The notes under the pieces: model-generated
Databases searched by the model: none
What the model saw: the letters and a program-made list of their open reading frames with translations, nothing else
Told to the model about the DNA's origin: nothing
DNA from: a virus
Virus record (IMG/VR): IMGVR_UViG_3300024346_000012
DNA: 64,000 bases
Direction: 5' to 3' (one strand)
Shown here: piece by piece, positions 1 to 9,686 of the stretch
Layout of the letters: every line of letters begins with the position of its first letter
Position numbering within the stretch: the first letter of the stretch is position 1
Position numbers and translations under genes: made by a program

Positions 1-134
1 GCAGTTTTAAGTTTTACATTATTCTCTCTTAAAGTCCCTATTGTAGCTTCTGACCAGATATAATAGTTATATCCGCCATAACCGACGCCGCTTAATAAGC
101 TTACTACAATAATAATTAAATATAATTTAGCCAT
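1..134 (-). CDS. Partial (runs off window) N-terminally membrane-anchored protein, possible inner spanin
   Basis: Manual translation MAKLYLIIIVVSLLSGVGYGGYNYYIWSEATIGTLRENNVKLK: one TM segment followed by the start of a coiled coil. Confidence 0.45.
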   Translation of the reverse strand, partial: MAKLYLIIIVVSLLSGVGYGGYNYYIWSEATIGTLRENNVKLKT

Positions 135-594
135 CTATATATTTCCTAAACTTTTTTAATATTCTAGGAGTCTTATCCTTTCTCCGCCGCCTATCAGTAA
201 CGTTAATAGGCCGCCCAATATCCCTACGCAATATATTCGTAGGTAATCTACTTGGGCCCATATCCTTTGTATCGTGAGGTATGCCAGCATCAGCTGTAGT
301 AGTGACTTCTTCATCTACAGATTCGAACTTAAATGTTTTTGAATAGTCTGCCACCTTTTTACCTCTTTTATCGTATTGACCCATTTTCATTACCATTTCT
401 TTGGCATATCCTTTAGGACTATACGTGTCGCCCCATTCCCAATCATTAGTACGAGCATCCCACTCCATTACTTTCCACTCTCCCCTATGTCGCAAATTTG
501 CGTCCAACTGTTTTTCAACAAGGAATTTACGACCGGTAGGAAATTTTATTTCTTGTTCACCGTTGGGCCCAGCTTTTTTCCATTTAGGTGTCAT
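127..594 (-). CDS. Hypothetical phage protein
   Basis: 155-aa ORF, overlap-coupled to its neighbours. Confidence 0.6.
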   Translation of the reverse strand: MTPKWKKAGPNGEQEIKFPTGRKFLVEKQLDANLRHRGEWKVMEWDARTNDWEWGDTYSPKGYAKEMVMKMGQYDKRGKKVADYSKTFKFESVDEEVTTTADAGIPHDTKDMGPSRLPTNILRRDIGRPINVTDRRRRKDKTPRILKKFRKYIDG

Positions 595-1190
595 CTGGCT
601 AATTCACCAACTGAAACATATATTTTAGAATTAGTTCTTATATGAGTAGCTTCGTATATATTTATTCCAAACATTTCACCTATAGGATAGCATTTATCGT
701 TAACTCGTATTTTATCTCGTGGCATAACCATTTCAGACATAGTATCATTTAAAACTTTAGAGTTTAAAACTTTGTAAATTCCAGGAGATAGACTTGTATC
801 CTCCAGAACAAACCAGTCACTTTGCTCGTCTAAAAAATCTAGAGTGTCGATACCAAAATGAAGCATTCCCTCTTTAATTTGTTTATCAGTTATACTATAC
901 TTTTCTTTCAATAAAAAAAGAGCAGCTGCATATGATGCAAACTTGGTTTTTCCGCCTGGTACTTTGGCCATTAACTTTTTAATATTAAAAACTAATCGAT
1001 GGAACGGCGTAAAGTAGTTTCTATAGTCATCTCGTTTTTCCATATTATCGAGATCATAGCTTTTAATTCTTTTACCATCCTTATCTATAATACCAAGCTT
1101 ATAAGCTTCTGTATCTTCGAAGGCAGTTGTCAGCAATCTAAGAAACCTGAAGGTGTAAACTAAGTCACCAGCTCTTTTTATAATACCCAT
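591..1190 (-). CDS. Conserved hypothetical protein of marine T4-like phages
   Basis: AYKLGIIDKDG and TPFHRLVFNIKK motifs; ASYAAALFLLKE. Confidence 0.65.
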   Translation of the reverse strand: MGIIKRAGDLVYTFRFLRLLTTAFEDTEAYKLGIIDKDGKRIKSYDLDNMEKRDDYRNYFTPFHRLVFNIKKLMAKVPGGKTKFASYAAALFLLKEKYSITDKQIKEGMLHFGIDTLDFLDEQSDWFVLEDTSLSPGIYKVLNSKVLNDTMSEMVMPRDKIRVNDKCYPIGEMFGINIYEATHIRTNSKIYVSVGELAR

Positions 1191-1558
1191 TATATTTTCC
1201 TTAGTCTCTCTATTACTTCTTTATCCATATCAATTTGCGTATACTGATTATTATGGATATGCCTTAAATATACTAAAAACGGTTTTACTATAGGCCAATA
1301 CTTATTTTCTATTTGATAGTCTAACATTTTCAGCGAGGCCTCAACATCAAATAAGTTAAAAATAACTATTATATGATTTAGTATCAATCTTTCTGATAGC
1401 TCGCCGCCTCCATAATATTTTTTAAGCAATCTTCTAAGATAAATAAATCTTTTTAAATCATCATAGAATTCTTCAGCGTCAATGACATTGGGTTTATAAT
1501 AATGTCTTGCTGCGTACAAGACAAAATTGTCCTCACTCAGTTTATCAAATAATTTCAT
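1190..1558 (-). CDS. Conserved hypothetical T4-like phage protein
   Basis: LSEDNFVLYAARHY and ERLILNHIIV motifs recalled from cyano/pelagi-myophage ORFs. Confidence 0.7.
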   Translation of the reverse strand: MKLFDKLSEDNFVLYAARHYYKPNVIDAEEFYDDLKRFIYLRRLLKKYYGGGELSERLILNHIIVIFNLFDVEASLKMLDYQIENKYWPIVKPFLVYLRHIHNNQYTQIDMDKEVIERLRKI

Positions 1559-1564
1559 TAATCT

Positions 1565-1945
1565 TTATTTTAGAATAGATCGAAGCTGTGTAAGTAGTGC
1601 TTTTTTAGATTTACGACGATCGAGTTCAACTCCATGCTCACGAGCTAGTTTTTCTAGTTCTTTTTTATTCATATTAGATATATCATCTGGATCCTTAGTA
1701 TACTCTAAGTCTTTTTCCATTTCAATTTCAGCTGCACGAATTTTGCCTTCAGTAATAAGATCTGTTAAATCTTCTAGTACAGGCTTTTGAACTTTAGCAG
1801 GAGGTGTAGATACTCCCATAAATTCATCAATCTGAGCTTTAGTAAAACGATTAGACTGATAAACTTCTCCAGTTTTGGCATCAGTCCAACCGTTTTTACC
1901 TGGAATCGCGTCAGCACACCATGCAGGTGGTTTAATCATAGCCAT
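1565..1945 (-). CDS. Hypothetical protein with C-terminal HeH/Rho-N-like helical motif
   Basis: C-terminal MNKKELEKLAREHGVELDRRKSKKALL; GGAG RBS. Confidence 0.55.
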   Translation of the reverse strand: MAMIKPPAWCADAIPGKNGWTDAKTGEVYQSNRFTKAQIDEFMGVSTPPAKVQKPVLEDLTDLITEGKIRAAEIEMEKDLEYTKDPDDISNMNKKELEKLAREHGVELDRRKSKKALLTQLRSILK

Positions 1946-1957
1946 ATATAAATCTCC

Positions 1958-2926
1958 TTAGGTTTCTTTAGTTACTACACCTTTAGCTGGATTGATTATT
2001 TTTTTATCACCAGCTTTATTATCATTAGATCTAGCCTTTGTAGCAGGCCCTGATCTTGCTGCTTTAGATGCATCATCATGTCCATCTTTTTCTATATCAA
2101 TAACGTCTGGACTATTCGCTTTCATATCAGCTTTCATTTTCATAGAACCGGCATTATTTTTTTCTTTTTCGTTCCAATCTTCAGGAGCTGTGGCGCTCTT
2201 ATAGTGATCAGCACGCTTTTCCATAATACGAGAATATACTGGCCATTCTACTGATTCCTTTTTCGGAATTTCAAAAGGAGCCTTTGGAAGTGTTACTGCA
2301 GCTTTACCCTTTTCTGTAGTGGCAGCTGCTTTTGCAATCTTCTTCATTAAAGACGCCTTACTATTTTCACTCTTATAGCTAGCAGTAAGCTTATCCACAG
2401 CTTTGTTAATACCCTTTACACGATTGTTAGATTTATCCGTAGCACGTTGAGACTTAGCATAATGCTTATACATGTCTTTATCTTTATCAGCCATATCACC
2501 AGCATCCGCATGACGAGCAGCTTTGGCTTTCTGGACTTCTCTATCAACTCCTGCTTTTTTAATATAAGAGCCTAGAGTCTTTTTATCAAGCTCGTTTACT
2601 GTTTCTTCAGTAGCCATTTCAGCTTCTACATTGGGATCTTTTTTATCTTTCTTATCCTTTTTAGGATTCATTACCACTTCTTCTTCGCCCTTGTTTTCTT
2701 TTTGGTCAGCAATAGCATTTGCTGTATCTTTTTTCATAGTAACTGGGTATTTTTTACCAGAAAAATTAAAATGAGATTTACCAGCTTTATGAGCACCAGC
2801 GGCCGCGCCGTGAAACGCAGTGCGTTCTGCAGCTTGAATAGTTTCCGGGATCTCAAATTCGTTAAGTTTACTTTCTGCGACTTGTTGCAACGCCGCAGCC
2901 ATTTTGCTAATTGTGTGTTTATTCAT
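1958..2926 (-). CDS. Lys/Ala-rich putative internal head protein
   Basis: Low complexity; several (L/V)xE prohead-protease-type sites; lies in a late region. Confidence 0.5.
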   Translation of the reverse strand: MNKHTISKMAAALQQVAESKLNEFEIPETIQAAERTAFHGAAAGAHKAGKSHFNFSGKKYPVTMKKDTANAIADQKENKGEEEVVMNPKKDKKDKKDPNVEAEMATEETVNELDKKTLGSYIKKAGVDREVQKAKAARHADAGDMADKDKDMYKHYAKSQRATDKSNNRVKGINKAVDKLTASYKSENSKASLMKKIAKAAATTEKGKAAVTLPKAPFEIPKKESVEWPVYSRIMEKRADHYKSATAPEDWNEKEKNNAGSMKMKADMKANSPDVIDIEKDGHDDASKAARSGPATKARSNDNKAGDKKIINPAKGVVTKET

Positions 2927-2935
2927 TGTGTTTCC

Positions 2936-3229
2936 TTACATCCATATCTGGGCTGCGATTGCACTGGCGCCTACAGCTATAGCTATCCAGAACAACTTGT
3001 TAATTACGTGCACAGTGTGTGCATTATCTTTTACTTGATCTTCTATTCTATCAAGCTTTTCACTGAACTTATTCATTCTATCCCAAGAATCTTCGCGATA
3101 CTTATTATACGCTTCCATCTTTTCTTCAAATCTGGCTAGACTAACCAAAGCTTCGGCCATCTTATCCATTTTATCCTCTATTCGTTCGAGCCGCGCGTCT
3201 GAGACGTCTGTATTTTTTGTAGTAGGCAT
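2936..3229 (-). CDS. Coiled-coil protein with C-terminal TM helix
   Basis: Heptad pattern followed by LFWIAIAVGASAIAAQIW; TATAAATA upstream. Confidence 0.6.
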   Translation of the reverse strand: MPTTKNTDVSDARLERIEDKMDKMAEALVSLARFEEKMEAYNKYREDSWDRMNKFSEKLDRIEDQVKDNAHTVHVINKLFWIAIAVGASAIAAQIWM

Positions 3230-3257
3230 CAGCCCGCTCCAATTCTTTTATTTACAC

Positions 3258-3265
3258 TATTTATA
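3258..3265 (-). promoter_or_regulatory. T4-type late promoter TATAAATA
   Basis: Exact consensus in the intergenic gap; gp55 is encoded in the window. Confidence 0.75.
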
Positions 3266-3269
3266 CTAT

Positions 3270-3578
3270 TTACCACTTTACTTTATCAGCCCAATAAGCT
3301 GCTGACATTTTACCTTTAGCAATGTTTTTACCATGACGTGCTTTAAACGATTTTCTTTTTGCCTTCATTTTTGCCGATTCACCAGCCTTTGGATCACCTG
3401 CAGTACTAGCGCCCTGTTGGCCAAACCTAATTGTTTTTACTTTATCACCATCTTTAGCTACTACAATATGAGATTTAGTTGGATGGCTAGGTGTTCCCTT
3501 TGCTTTATTAAAACCTGATACACCAGCCTTTGCTAGTCTAGGATCTTTTTTCTCGTAGAATGTCTTAAATTTATCCAC
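3270..3578 (-). CDS. Basic hypothetical protein with capsid-targeting-like N-terminus
   Basis: MDKFKTFYE start; IRFGQQG, SFKARH and SAAYWA motifs. Confidence 0.65.
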   Translation of the reverse strand: MDKFKTFYEKKDPRLAKAGVSGFNKAKGTPSHPTKSHIVVAKDGDKVKTIRFGQQGASTAGDPKAGESAKMKAKRKSFKARHGKNIAKGKMSAAYWADKVKW

Positions 3579-3804
3579 CGAACTCGTGCCCCGCTACTCT
3601 TTGCATCTGCTTATTAAATTCTGCCTGATCAGGCTTAGACTTATATAACTTGATAGAAATCTCAGGACGTTCCTTACCTTTGATTCTCCAATTATACCCG
3701 TCAGCTTTATGGTCGGCATCTGTAGTCTTAATAACACGGCGCTTATAGCCGGCTTCCCAAGTCTCAGATTTTTTTTCTGATACGAACCTCTTAAAACCTA
3801 TCAT
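3571..3804 (-). CDS. Small protein with capsid-targeting-like N-terminus
   Basis: MIGFKRFVSE start. Confidence 0.6.
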   Translation of the reverse strand: MIGFKRFVSEKKSETWEAGYKRRVIKTTDADHKADGYNWRIKGKERPEISIKLYKSKPDQAEFNKQMQRVAGHEFGG

Positions 3805-3998
3805 TTTTTAGCACTCTTAACTATATCTTTGCAAGTATCTGTAGCAGTAGATGTAAACCATCTAGGAACAAAGGCATGCAAAAATACAGCCCATGCTGCT
3901 TTTTCAAGTCTCCAACTAATATGACAAGCATGCTTAAAGTGCTGCCATCTTGTCATATTTGCTTCTTCTAGATGCAGTTTACATTTCTTACTAATCAT
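3801..3998 (-). CDS. Small protein, DUF6356-like
   Basis: HLEEANMTRWQHF and LHAFVPRWFTSTAT pattern. Confidence 0.5.
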   Translation of the reverse strand: MISKKCKLHLEEANMTRWQHFKHACHISWRLEKAAWAVFLHAFVPRWFTSTATDTCKDIVKSAKK

Positions 3999-3999
3999 T

Positions 4000-5586
4000 T
4001 TATTTCTTAATAGCCTTTTCTCTGTCTAGCATTTTACGAATTGCAGATAGTTTATCCATATCACTTTTCTTGATAGGGTCTCTTTTAGTAAGCGCTGTCT
4101 GACCATCAGGGATAGTAGCTTCTCCGCTATAACCTCTGCCAATTGATTTACGAAACTGCTTGGCTCTCACGTTCGTAGCCATGTCCATACCTTTTTCGCG
4201 CTTGCGAATAACATCTTTTTCTTTTGAGATGTCTTTATTTCCTCTTACAATCTTTGCAGTTGCAGAGTTACGTGCACGATCACTTTGAGCTTTAGCTTTG
4301 TTATGATAACTATCCATTGCTTTTGGTGTATCTAATACTTCATCAACCGATTCTTTTTTATTCTTAAAGTTATCATAGTCTGTTTGTGCTGCTTTTTGGC
4401 GTTCTTTTGCCGCTGCAGCATCTTTAACATTTTGATTATGCAACTTACTTACATCAACGCCCTTTTTCTTTAGCTGTTGAGCAAACCGTGCACGACCAAA
4501 TGTTTCTTTGATGCCTGCTGCTTTTTTGCCATGATCCATAACCCTTTTACCTAGTGGAGTAAGGTTACCTTTTTTGTCATACATTTGATTGACAAGTTTC
4601 TTTTCGGCTGCTGTTAACTCATCGAGAGTTTCTTCATTCATATCTTCATTTTGTCTTTTCAAAACAGCAGAAACTTGTGGATGATTCGAAATGCCAGGTT
4701 TCATTTTGTCCATTGCTTTTACAGCGCCAGTCATATTGCCGCCCTTATATCTTTTATCGGATGCAATACCTATTGCCATTTTGACGTGTTTAGGCGAAAA
4801 CTTTGCTTCATCAAGTTCAACAGATTCTCTTCTCTGGTTTGATCTGAATCTATATTTCTTGAATAGAATGTCTAAGACGTCATCAATAAATTCTCTATCG
4901 GTAGCAAGACTTTTTTGCTTTGGTGATTTATTCATAATATCTTTAATCACTGCAATTTGGTCATAGCTGTCCGCATTTCTCCTATTATCTAATCTTTTAG
5001 CAACCATTTTGGCAACATCTTCATCCGACATCAGTTTTGCTTCGTTCATGTCTTTGACTTTACCATTCTTTAAATGGCGCTTAATAGTTTTACCAGCTTG
5101 TGTTTGCAGAGTCACAATATGACCACCATCGGGGTGAGGCTTACGATCGATGATTTTCATTTTGTCACGTTGACCTACATATGTGTTAGCTTCATTTTTC
5201 TTTTGAGCCGCAATATATTCTTTTCTGCTGCACCAATTTTCTCCGGCCATATCATAAGCATCATACATGCAGGTTTCGTTTGTAGGTTTACCATATGTAT
5301 CACCGCAAGATTCGCATACCATTTCTTTCATAGAATAAGCTTCATTGCGAATTTGGTCAAAAGTTTTACCTTCTGATTTTAGTTTACCCTCCCGATCGCG
5401 ATCAGCTTTTTCTTTATCCATGCGAGCCTTTTGTAATGGAGACGCTATACGTTTTGCTTGGCCTTGTGGCTCATCGTATGCTTCATTCTTCACAACTTCT
5501 TTATCTACAGAAACCATACGAATCTTTGGTTTTCCATCAGGTCCTACATATTTTTCAGGTTTTTTATCTGCTGATTTTACGGTCAT
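4000..5586 (-). CDS. Large Lys-rich modular putative internal head protein
   Basis: 528 aa made of short modules separated by LDE/VDE/MNE-type cleavage sites. Confidence 0.55.
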   Translation of the reverse strand: MTVKSADKKPEKYVGPDGKPKIRMVSVDKEVVKNEAYDEPQGQAKRIASPLQKARMDKEKADRDREGKLKSEGKTFDQIRNEAYSMKEMVCESCGDTYGKPTNETCMYDAYDMAGENWCSRKEYIAAQKKNEANTYVGQRDKMKIIDRKPHPDGGHIVTLQTQAGKTIKRHLKNGKVKDMNEAKLMSDEDVAKMVAKRLDNRRNADSYDQIAVIKDIMNKSPKQKSLATDREFIDDVLDILFKKYRFRSNQRRESVELDEAKFSPKHVKMAIGIASDKRYKGGNMTGAVKAMDKMKPGISNHPQVSAVLKRQNEDMNEETLDELTAAEKKLVNQMYDKKGNLTPLGKRVMDHGKKAAGIKETFGRARFAQQLKKKGVDVSKLHNQNVKDAAAAKERQKAAQTDYDNFKNKKESVDEVLDTPKAMDSYHNKAKAQSDRARNSATAKIVRGNKDISKEKDVIRKREKGMDMATNVRAKQFRKSIGRGYSGEATIPDGQTALTKRDPIKKSDMDKLSAIRKMLDREKAIKK

Positions 5587-5841
5587 TTACTTGCCTCTTA
5601 CTTTCGCTGCTAGATCTTTGTCTGCTTTTCCCCATGTACCAGATGATTTGGTAACAAATGAATTTACTCTTGCAAAACCCCATTGCTGTGGAGTCGTACC
5701 AGGTCTATGACCGGTTTTCCATGCGGCCACACCTCTATTATAAACTGAACGAAGAACGCTCAATGGCATTCCTGATTTCTCGGCTTTTTTCTTTAAACCA
5801 GCCGTTGCATCTTCTGCAATGTATGCGCCGAATCTAACCAT
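5587..5841 (-). CDS. DUF5824-like protein (C-terminal half)
   Basis: VYNRGVAAWKTGHRPG and QWGFARVNSF motifs; MVRFGAYIAE start. Confidence 0.65.
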   Translation of the reverse strand: MVRFGAYIAEDATAGLKKKAEKSGMPLSVLRSVYNRGVAAWKTGHRPGTTPQQWGFARVNSFVTKSSGTWGKADKDLAAKVRGK

Positions 5842-7303
5842 TCTTAGGCCCTTTCATTGGCTTTTGCTTTAAGTATTCTGCTCTAGAGATCGGAGGCCCG
5901 CCATATTCTTTCATATTAGCTACCTTTACATCTTTTAAGCGTGCACGGTCTAGCATTCTATCGTGTTTCTTTTTATCAGCTTCTTTTTCTCTACTTATCT
6001 TATCTTTAGCTGCTGTAGTGGCTAAAGATTCACCAAACATTTTTCTAAATTTTAGAGTGTGTTTTGAAGTTTTTGTTTTAGCTGTGGCGTCACCTGCTGC
6101 AGGTTTGTATGCACCTGGATCTTTATCAGACATATTAGCTTGTTTTTTAAACTGCCTGTCTCTAGATATTTTTTGAGCTTTACTCAAACCTACATGATAT
6201 TTTTTAGGCTGAGAACCTGGCCGATCTTTTATATCTTGGTCTTGAGACTCTTTTGGTACGCAATTAGGAACCATCTTGTTTCCCTTCTTCTTCGTACCAA
6301 TTTGTTTATGAGTATCCCAACAAGCTTCGTCGGCTTGGCCTGGAGTCATTGCTTTTGCTTTGGTTACAGACTCGGGTGTCCCCCAATCTGGCTGACGTTC
6401 TTCACTAATCATATTTCTGTACGGACCATCTTCGGGTGTCGCGCCAAAATCTGCAGTAGCGTGTTTAGGGGGAATATCGTTCGGGTTAACTTTAGATACG
6501 TCATTTAACCAACATCTCCAGGTCTCACCCTTCGATTCGATGATTAAATAATTAGTGCCAAGATACTTAATATTTCCAACAATACCGTTTCTTGTCATTA
6601 CCACTTCTTCGCCAGTTTTGAATATATCATCTCTAAGATATGCTTCTCTTATGTCTGATACAGGATCTAACTGAATATGGTTTTTAAACTCTTTGGCCTC
6701 TTTTAAGCCCATCCCTTTACGTACATCATTAAATAACTTTTTAGCTTCTGGATTAGACATAGCCTTTGGAAGACCTTGCGCAAATGAAACAAAATCATCT
6801 TCACTTGCTGCATGCCTTTGCTTAGTAGCAGAAGCGCCTTCTGCCCCTTCAGCGTCTGGATCTCTTTGTCCGGCCGATACTATATCAATTTTATTGAAGT
6901 TATAAAAACCATGCCTACCCTTTTTACCGTTATACTTATTTAATAGTATATCAAATTCTGAAAGTCTATCTGCGCCAACGACGACAGAAACATTACGGTA
7001 GCCTTCATCATAAAGTGTTGCCAAAACATCAATAATAGTTTTTACTTTTTTATTTGATACAATAGATCTAGCATGCTTAGGAAACATTTTTCTAGCATGT
7101 TTTATTTTATCTTTATATTGTAATGGGTTTTTTTTCTTATCTTGCGATTGAGATACATACACACGATAAGGACTACGTCCTGCTTTCGAGGCAAGAGCAT
7201 CTAGTAATTTTCCATGGCCAATAGTAGGAGGATTCATTCTACCAAACGTAAAATAAATAGACTTTTCTTCTTCAACAAGAAATTGGCTAAACTTATTAAT
7301 CAT
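5834..7303 (-). CDS. HIGH-superfamily nucleotidyltransferase (phage cytidylyltransferase-like) with C-terminal accessory modules
   Basis: FTFGRMNPPTIGH, KNPL, VVVGADR and SAT motifs; MINKFSQFLVEE start. Confidence 0.75.
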   Translation of the reverse strand: MINKFSQFLVEEEKSIYFTFGRMNPPTIGHGKLLDALASKAGRSPYRVYVSQSQDKKKNPLQYKDKIKHARKMFPKHARSIVSNKKVKTIIDVLATLYDEGYRNVSVVVGADRLSEFDILLNKYNGKKGRHGFYNFNKIDIVSAGQRDPDAEGAEGASATKQRHAASEDDFVSFAQGLPKAMSNPEAKKLFNDVRKGMGLKEAKEFKNHIQLDPVSDIREAYLRDDIFKTGEEVVMTRNGIVGNIKYLGTNYLIIESKGETWRCWLNDVSKVNPNDIPPKHATADFGATPEDGPYRNMISEERQPDWGTPESVTKAKAMTPGQADEACWDTHKQIGTKKKGNKMVPNCVPKESQDQDIKDRPGSQPKKYHVGLSKAQKISRDRQFKKQANMSDKDPGAYKPAAGDATAKTKTSKHTLKFRKMFGESLATTAAKDKISREKEADKKKHDRMLDRARLKDVKVANMKEYGGPPISRAEYLKQKPMKGPKNG

Positions 7304-7310
7304 ATAGATG

Positions 7311-7760
7311 TCACCCGCGCTTTTTAGATATTTCTGCTTTACGTATTTTTGGGAGCAAGCGTTTGGCTAAACGATTGACTCTAGGCTGCATTTTATCCAA
7401 CCTTTTTTCAATCTCTTGCTTTCTTGCGGGGGTAAGATCTACTTTAGCTATACCTTTAGTCATCTTTTTGGCCATAGCATTTCTAGCAGCCTTACGCGCT
7501 CTTCTTGCAAGAACCGGGCCTGTTGCTATTTTCATAGAAGCTTTTTTACGACCTATTTTAAGTCGTGCTGCAAACTTCTTCATTTGAATAGCTCTTTTTC
7601 GCCTTTGCTGCATATTCAATGCTTCATCAGCTGGCTCTACAGTTTCAGCTGTATTACCTGTTGGTGTATCCATTTTACGCTTTTTAGCATTACGTGCTAG
7701 TTGCCCATCGCCAGTTTGCGTATAATCAACTGTTAGAAAATCTTTAAATCCTACTGCCAT
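7311..7760 (-). CDS. Arg/Lys-rich putative prohead core/internal protein
   Basis: MAVGFKDFL start; highly basic helix after DEAL. Confidence 0.55.
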   Translation of the reverse strand: MAVGFKDFLTVDYTQTGDGQLARNAKKRKMDTPTGNTAETVEPADEALNMQQRRKRAIQMKKFAARLKIGRKKASMKIATGPVLARRARKAARNAMAKKMTKGIAKVDLTPARKQEIEKRLDKMQPRVNRLAKRLLPKIRKAEISKKRG

Positions 7761-7761
7761 T

Positions 7762-8988
7762 TTAGTTCCTTGCTGGCTTATCCCATCCTTTTAATATATC
7801 TGGTGAAAAGTTGTTGTATGAAAATTCCATACGATCAACAATTTTCACTGCATCACCGCCTATTTTGTCAATTGCTACATAACCTTCAGCTCCGGTTACT
7901 TTATAACCTTTACTTGTTTTTACGAAGGTATCAATATTACCAAGTTTGTTAAGGTTATTTATAAGTTTTAATTTTGCTAAAACCAAGACTTTTTGCAAAT
8001 CGAACATATATTTTAAACTATTTCTATTTTTTTCTGAGAAAAACGATAGAATACTATCTAATTTATCTTGTTGAGTTGCTTTACCTTTAACTGACTTCCT
8101 CTTATCTATCTCTTTTTTATACCTCTTATTAATCCAAGAAATAAGAAGTGCTACATGCTTATTGGTATCAGTGATAACTTTACCATCTCTAACATAAGTA
8201 TTATTAAATTGTTCTACAAGTTGTGCTAGCTGTTGATTAGACTCCAGCTGACGTAAAGTGGATCCCGCAATTTTGTTAAAAATAAATCCAGCCTGAGAAA
8301 GGTACTCATTTACCAATTCAGTATCTTTCTTACTCATTGTGGCTTTTGTTAGATCTCTAAGCATTGCGTCTTGTGACCACACCGTTTTAGATGAATTAAG
8401 CTTCGAAACATCAACTCCATAAGAAGCTTTCATTGCTTCAAAAGTTCTACCAGTATAAGTTGTATGCCACACAATTCCGATTTTAGAAGACTTAACAGCT
8501 TTTGCACCTGCAGAATCGGCTGGTAAAGCATAGACTATAGTATTAGGATGAAATGTAACGTATGCTTGCCCTTTAATTTTTTTGGTTTTTACGTCTCCTG
8601 GACTAAATAAGAAGTCACCTTGTATTACACCTTTAATTCCTAAAGACGGAAGGTGCTTAAGAGCCAGCTTAAGTTTAACTGCAAGATCACCAGAAGTGTC
8701 AGCGTCCACGTCAGCATCAGACTTATAAACCTTAGGATTCTTATTGAAGATTCCCTTCTTAGCAATAAAGAAATTGCCATCGCGGGGATCAACGCCAGCA
8801 AAGATGGCAGGTGCTCCGTCCCACTTAACACTGACAGATCCATTATGTTCTCCTTTTAGCATATCTCTCAATTCACGTAAAGCCATAATTGCTTGTCTCG
8901 TACCTTTAACTCCGCCATAGATGACTTTGTCTTCTATGTGGGTCATATGCGTATTCTTTTGTTCAGTTATGTATTCTTTAAAACTCAT
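7762..8988 (-). CDS. ATP-dependent ligase-like protein (DUF6267-like)
   Basis: Motif I KWDG, motif III-like IQGD, motif IV EGYV, motif V-like VKIVDR; MSFKEYITE start. Confidence 0.6.
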   Translation of the reverse strand: MSFKEYITEQKNTHMTHIEDKVIYGGVKGTRQAIMALRELRDMLKGEHNGSVSVKWDGAPAIFAGVDPRDGNFFIAKKGIFNKNPKVYKSDADVDADTSGDLAVKLKLALKHLPSLGIKGVIQGDFLFSPGDVKTKKIKGQAYVTFHPNTIVYALPADSAGAKAVKSSKIGIVWHTTYTGRTFEAMKASYGVDVSKLNSSKTVWSQDAMLRDLTKATMSKKDTELVNEYLSQAGFIFNKIAGSTLRQLESNQQLAQLVEQFNNTYVRDGKVITDTNKHVALLISWINKRYKKEIDKRKSVKGKATQQDKLDSILSFFSEKNRNSLKYMFDLQKVLVLAKLKLINNLNKLGNIDTFVKTSKGYKVTGAEGYVAIDKIGGDAVKIVDRMEFSYNNFSPDILKGWDKPARN

Positions 8989-9686
8989 TTGTCCACCAAT
9001 ACAAGTTCAAATCCTGCGCTAACTGCAGCCGATCCGGCACTTGCCTTTGCTCTAACTTCGACGTCGTGTTTCTCATCTATCTCAATAGGAATATTAAAGT
9101 TCTTTTCTAAAAACCCACCACGGGTTGTAATAAACGCCTTTGTTTGCCAAACATTAGTTGTACCATTTCTTTCAACTATTTTAGCTTCTAGCTCCTGATC
9201 CTTTGAACAACCAATATCTAGTTGAAATAGATAACCTCTTTTTCTTCTCGGGATAGTGTATAAACACATCAGTGTCTGACCATAACCAATTGGTATGATT
9301 GCCACTGACTTTGAATCAACAGTTACCGTGATGGCCCCTTGGTTTGTATCACCAGTGTTTGCTGTCGCAAGCGATGCTCTATGCACTCTGTGAAATACAG
9401 CAGAACCTGCAGGCCCACCTACAGTAAGAGTTTCTGAAATTTCATTATATTCTGCATCTAATCCTTGGATAAGAACTGTTCCACCATTATCATCTGAATC
9501 TCCACTTGTTACAATAGCTGTTCCTGGAGTAGTTATATAAGTGTAACGGTTGTTGCCACTCCAAATAGTTTCGTAAGTATTACCAAGCGCACTGTTGTAT
9601 CCAAACTTATCTATTGAAGAAGTTTTAAGTACTTGGCCGGCTGCTATTTGTAGTGTTATGAGTTCTAAGTATTGATTGCGTGCCAT
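8985..9686 (-). CDS. Putative virion structural beta-rich protein
   Basis: KFGYN and ETIW motifs; Gly/Thr-rich strands. Confidence 0.45.
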   Translation of the reverse strand: MARNQYLELITLQIAAGQVLKTSSIDKFGYNSALGNTYETIWSGNNRYTYITTPGTAIVTSGDSDDNGGTVLIQGLDAEYNEISETLTVGGPAGSAVFHRVHRASLATANTGDTNQGAITVTVDSKSVAIIPIGYGQTLMCLYTIPRRKRGYLFQLDIGCSKDQELEAKIVERNGTTNVWQTKAFITTRGGFLEKNFNIPIEIDEKHDVEVRAKASAGSAAVSAGFELVLVDK

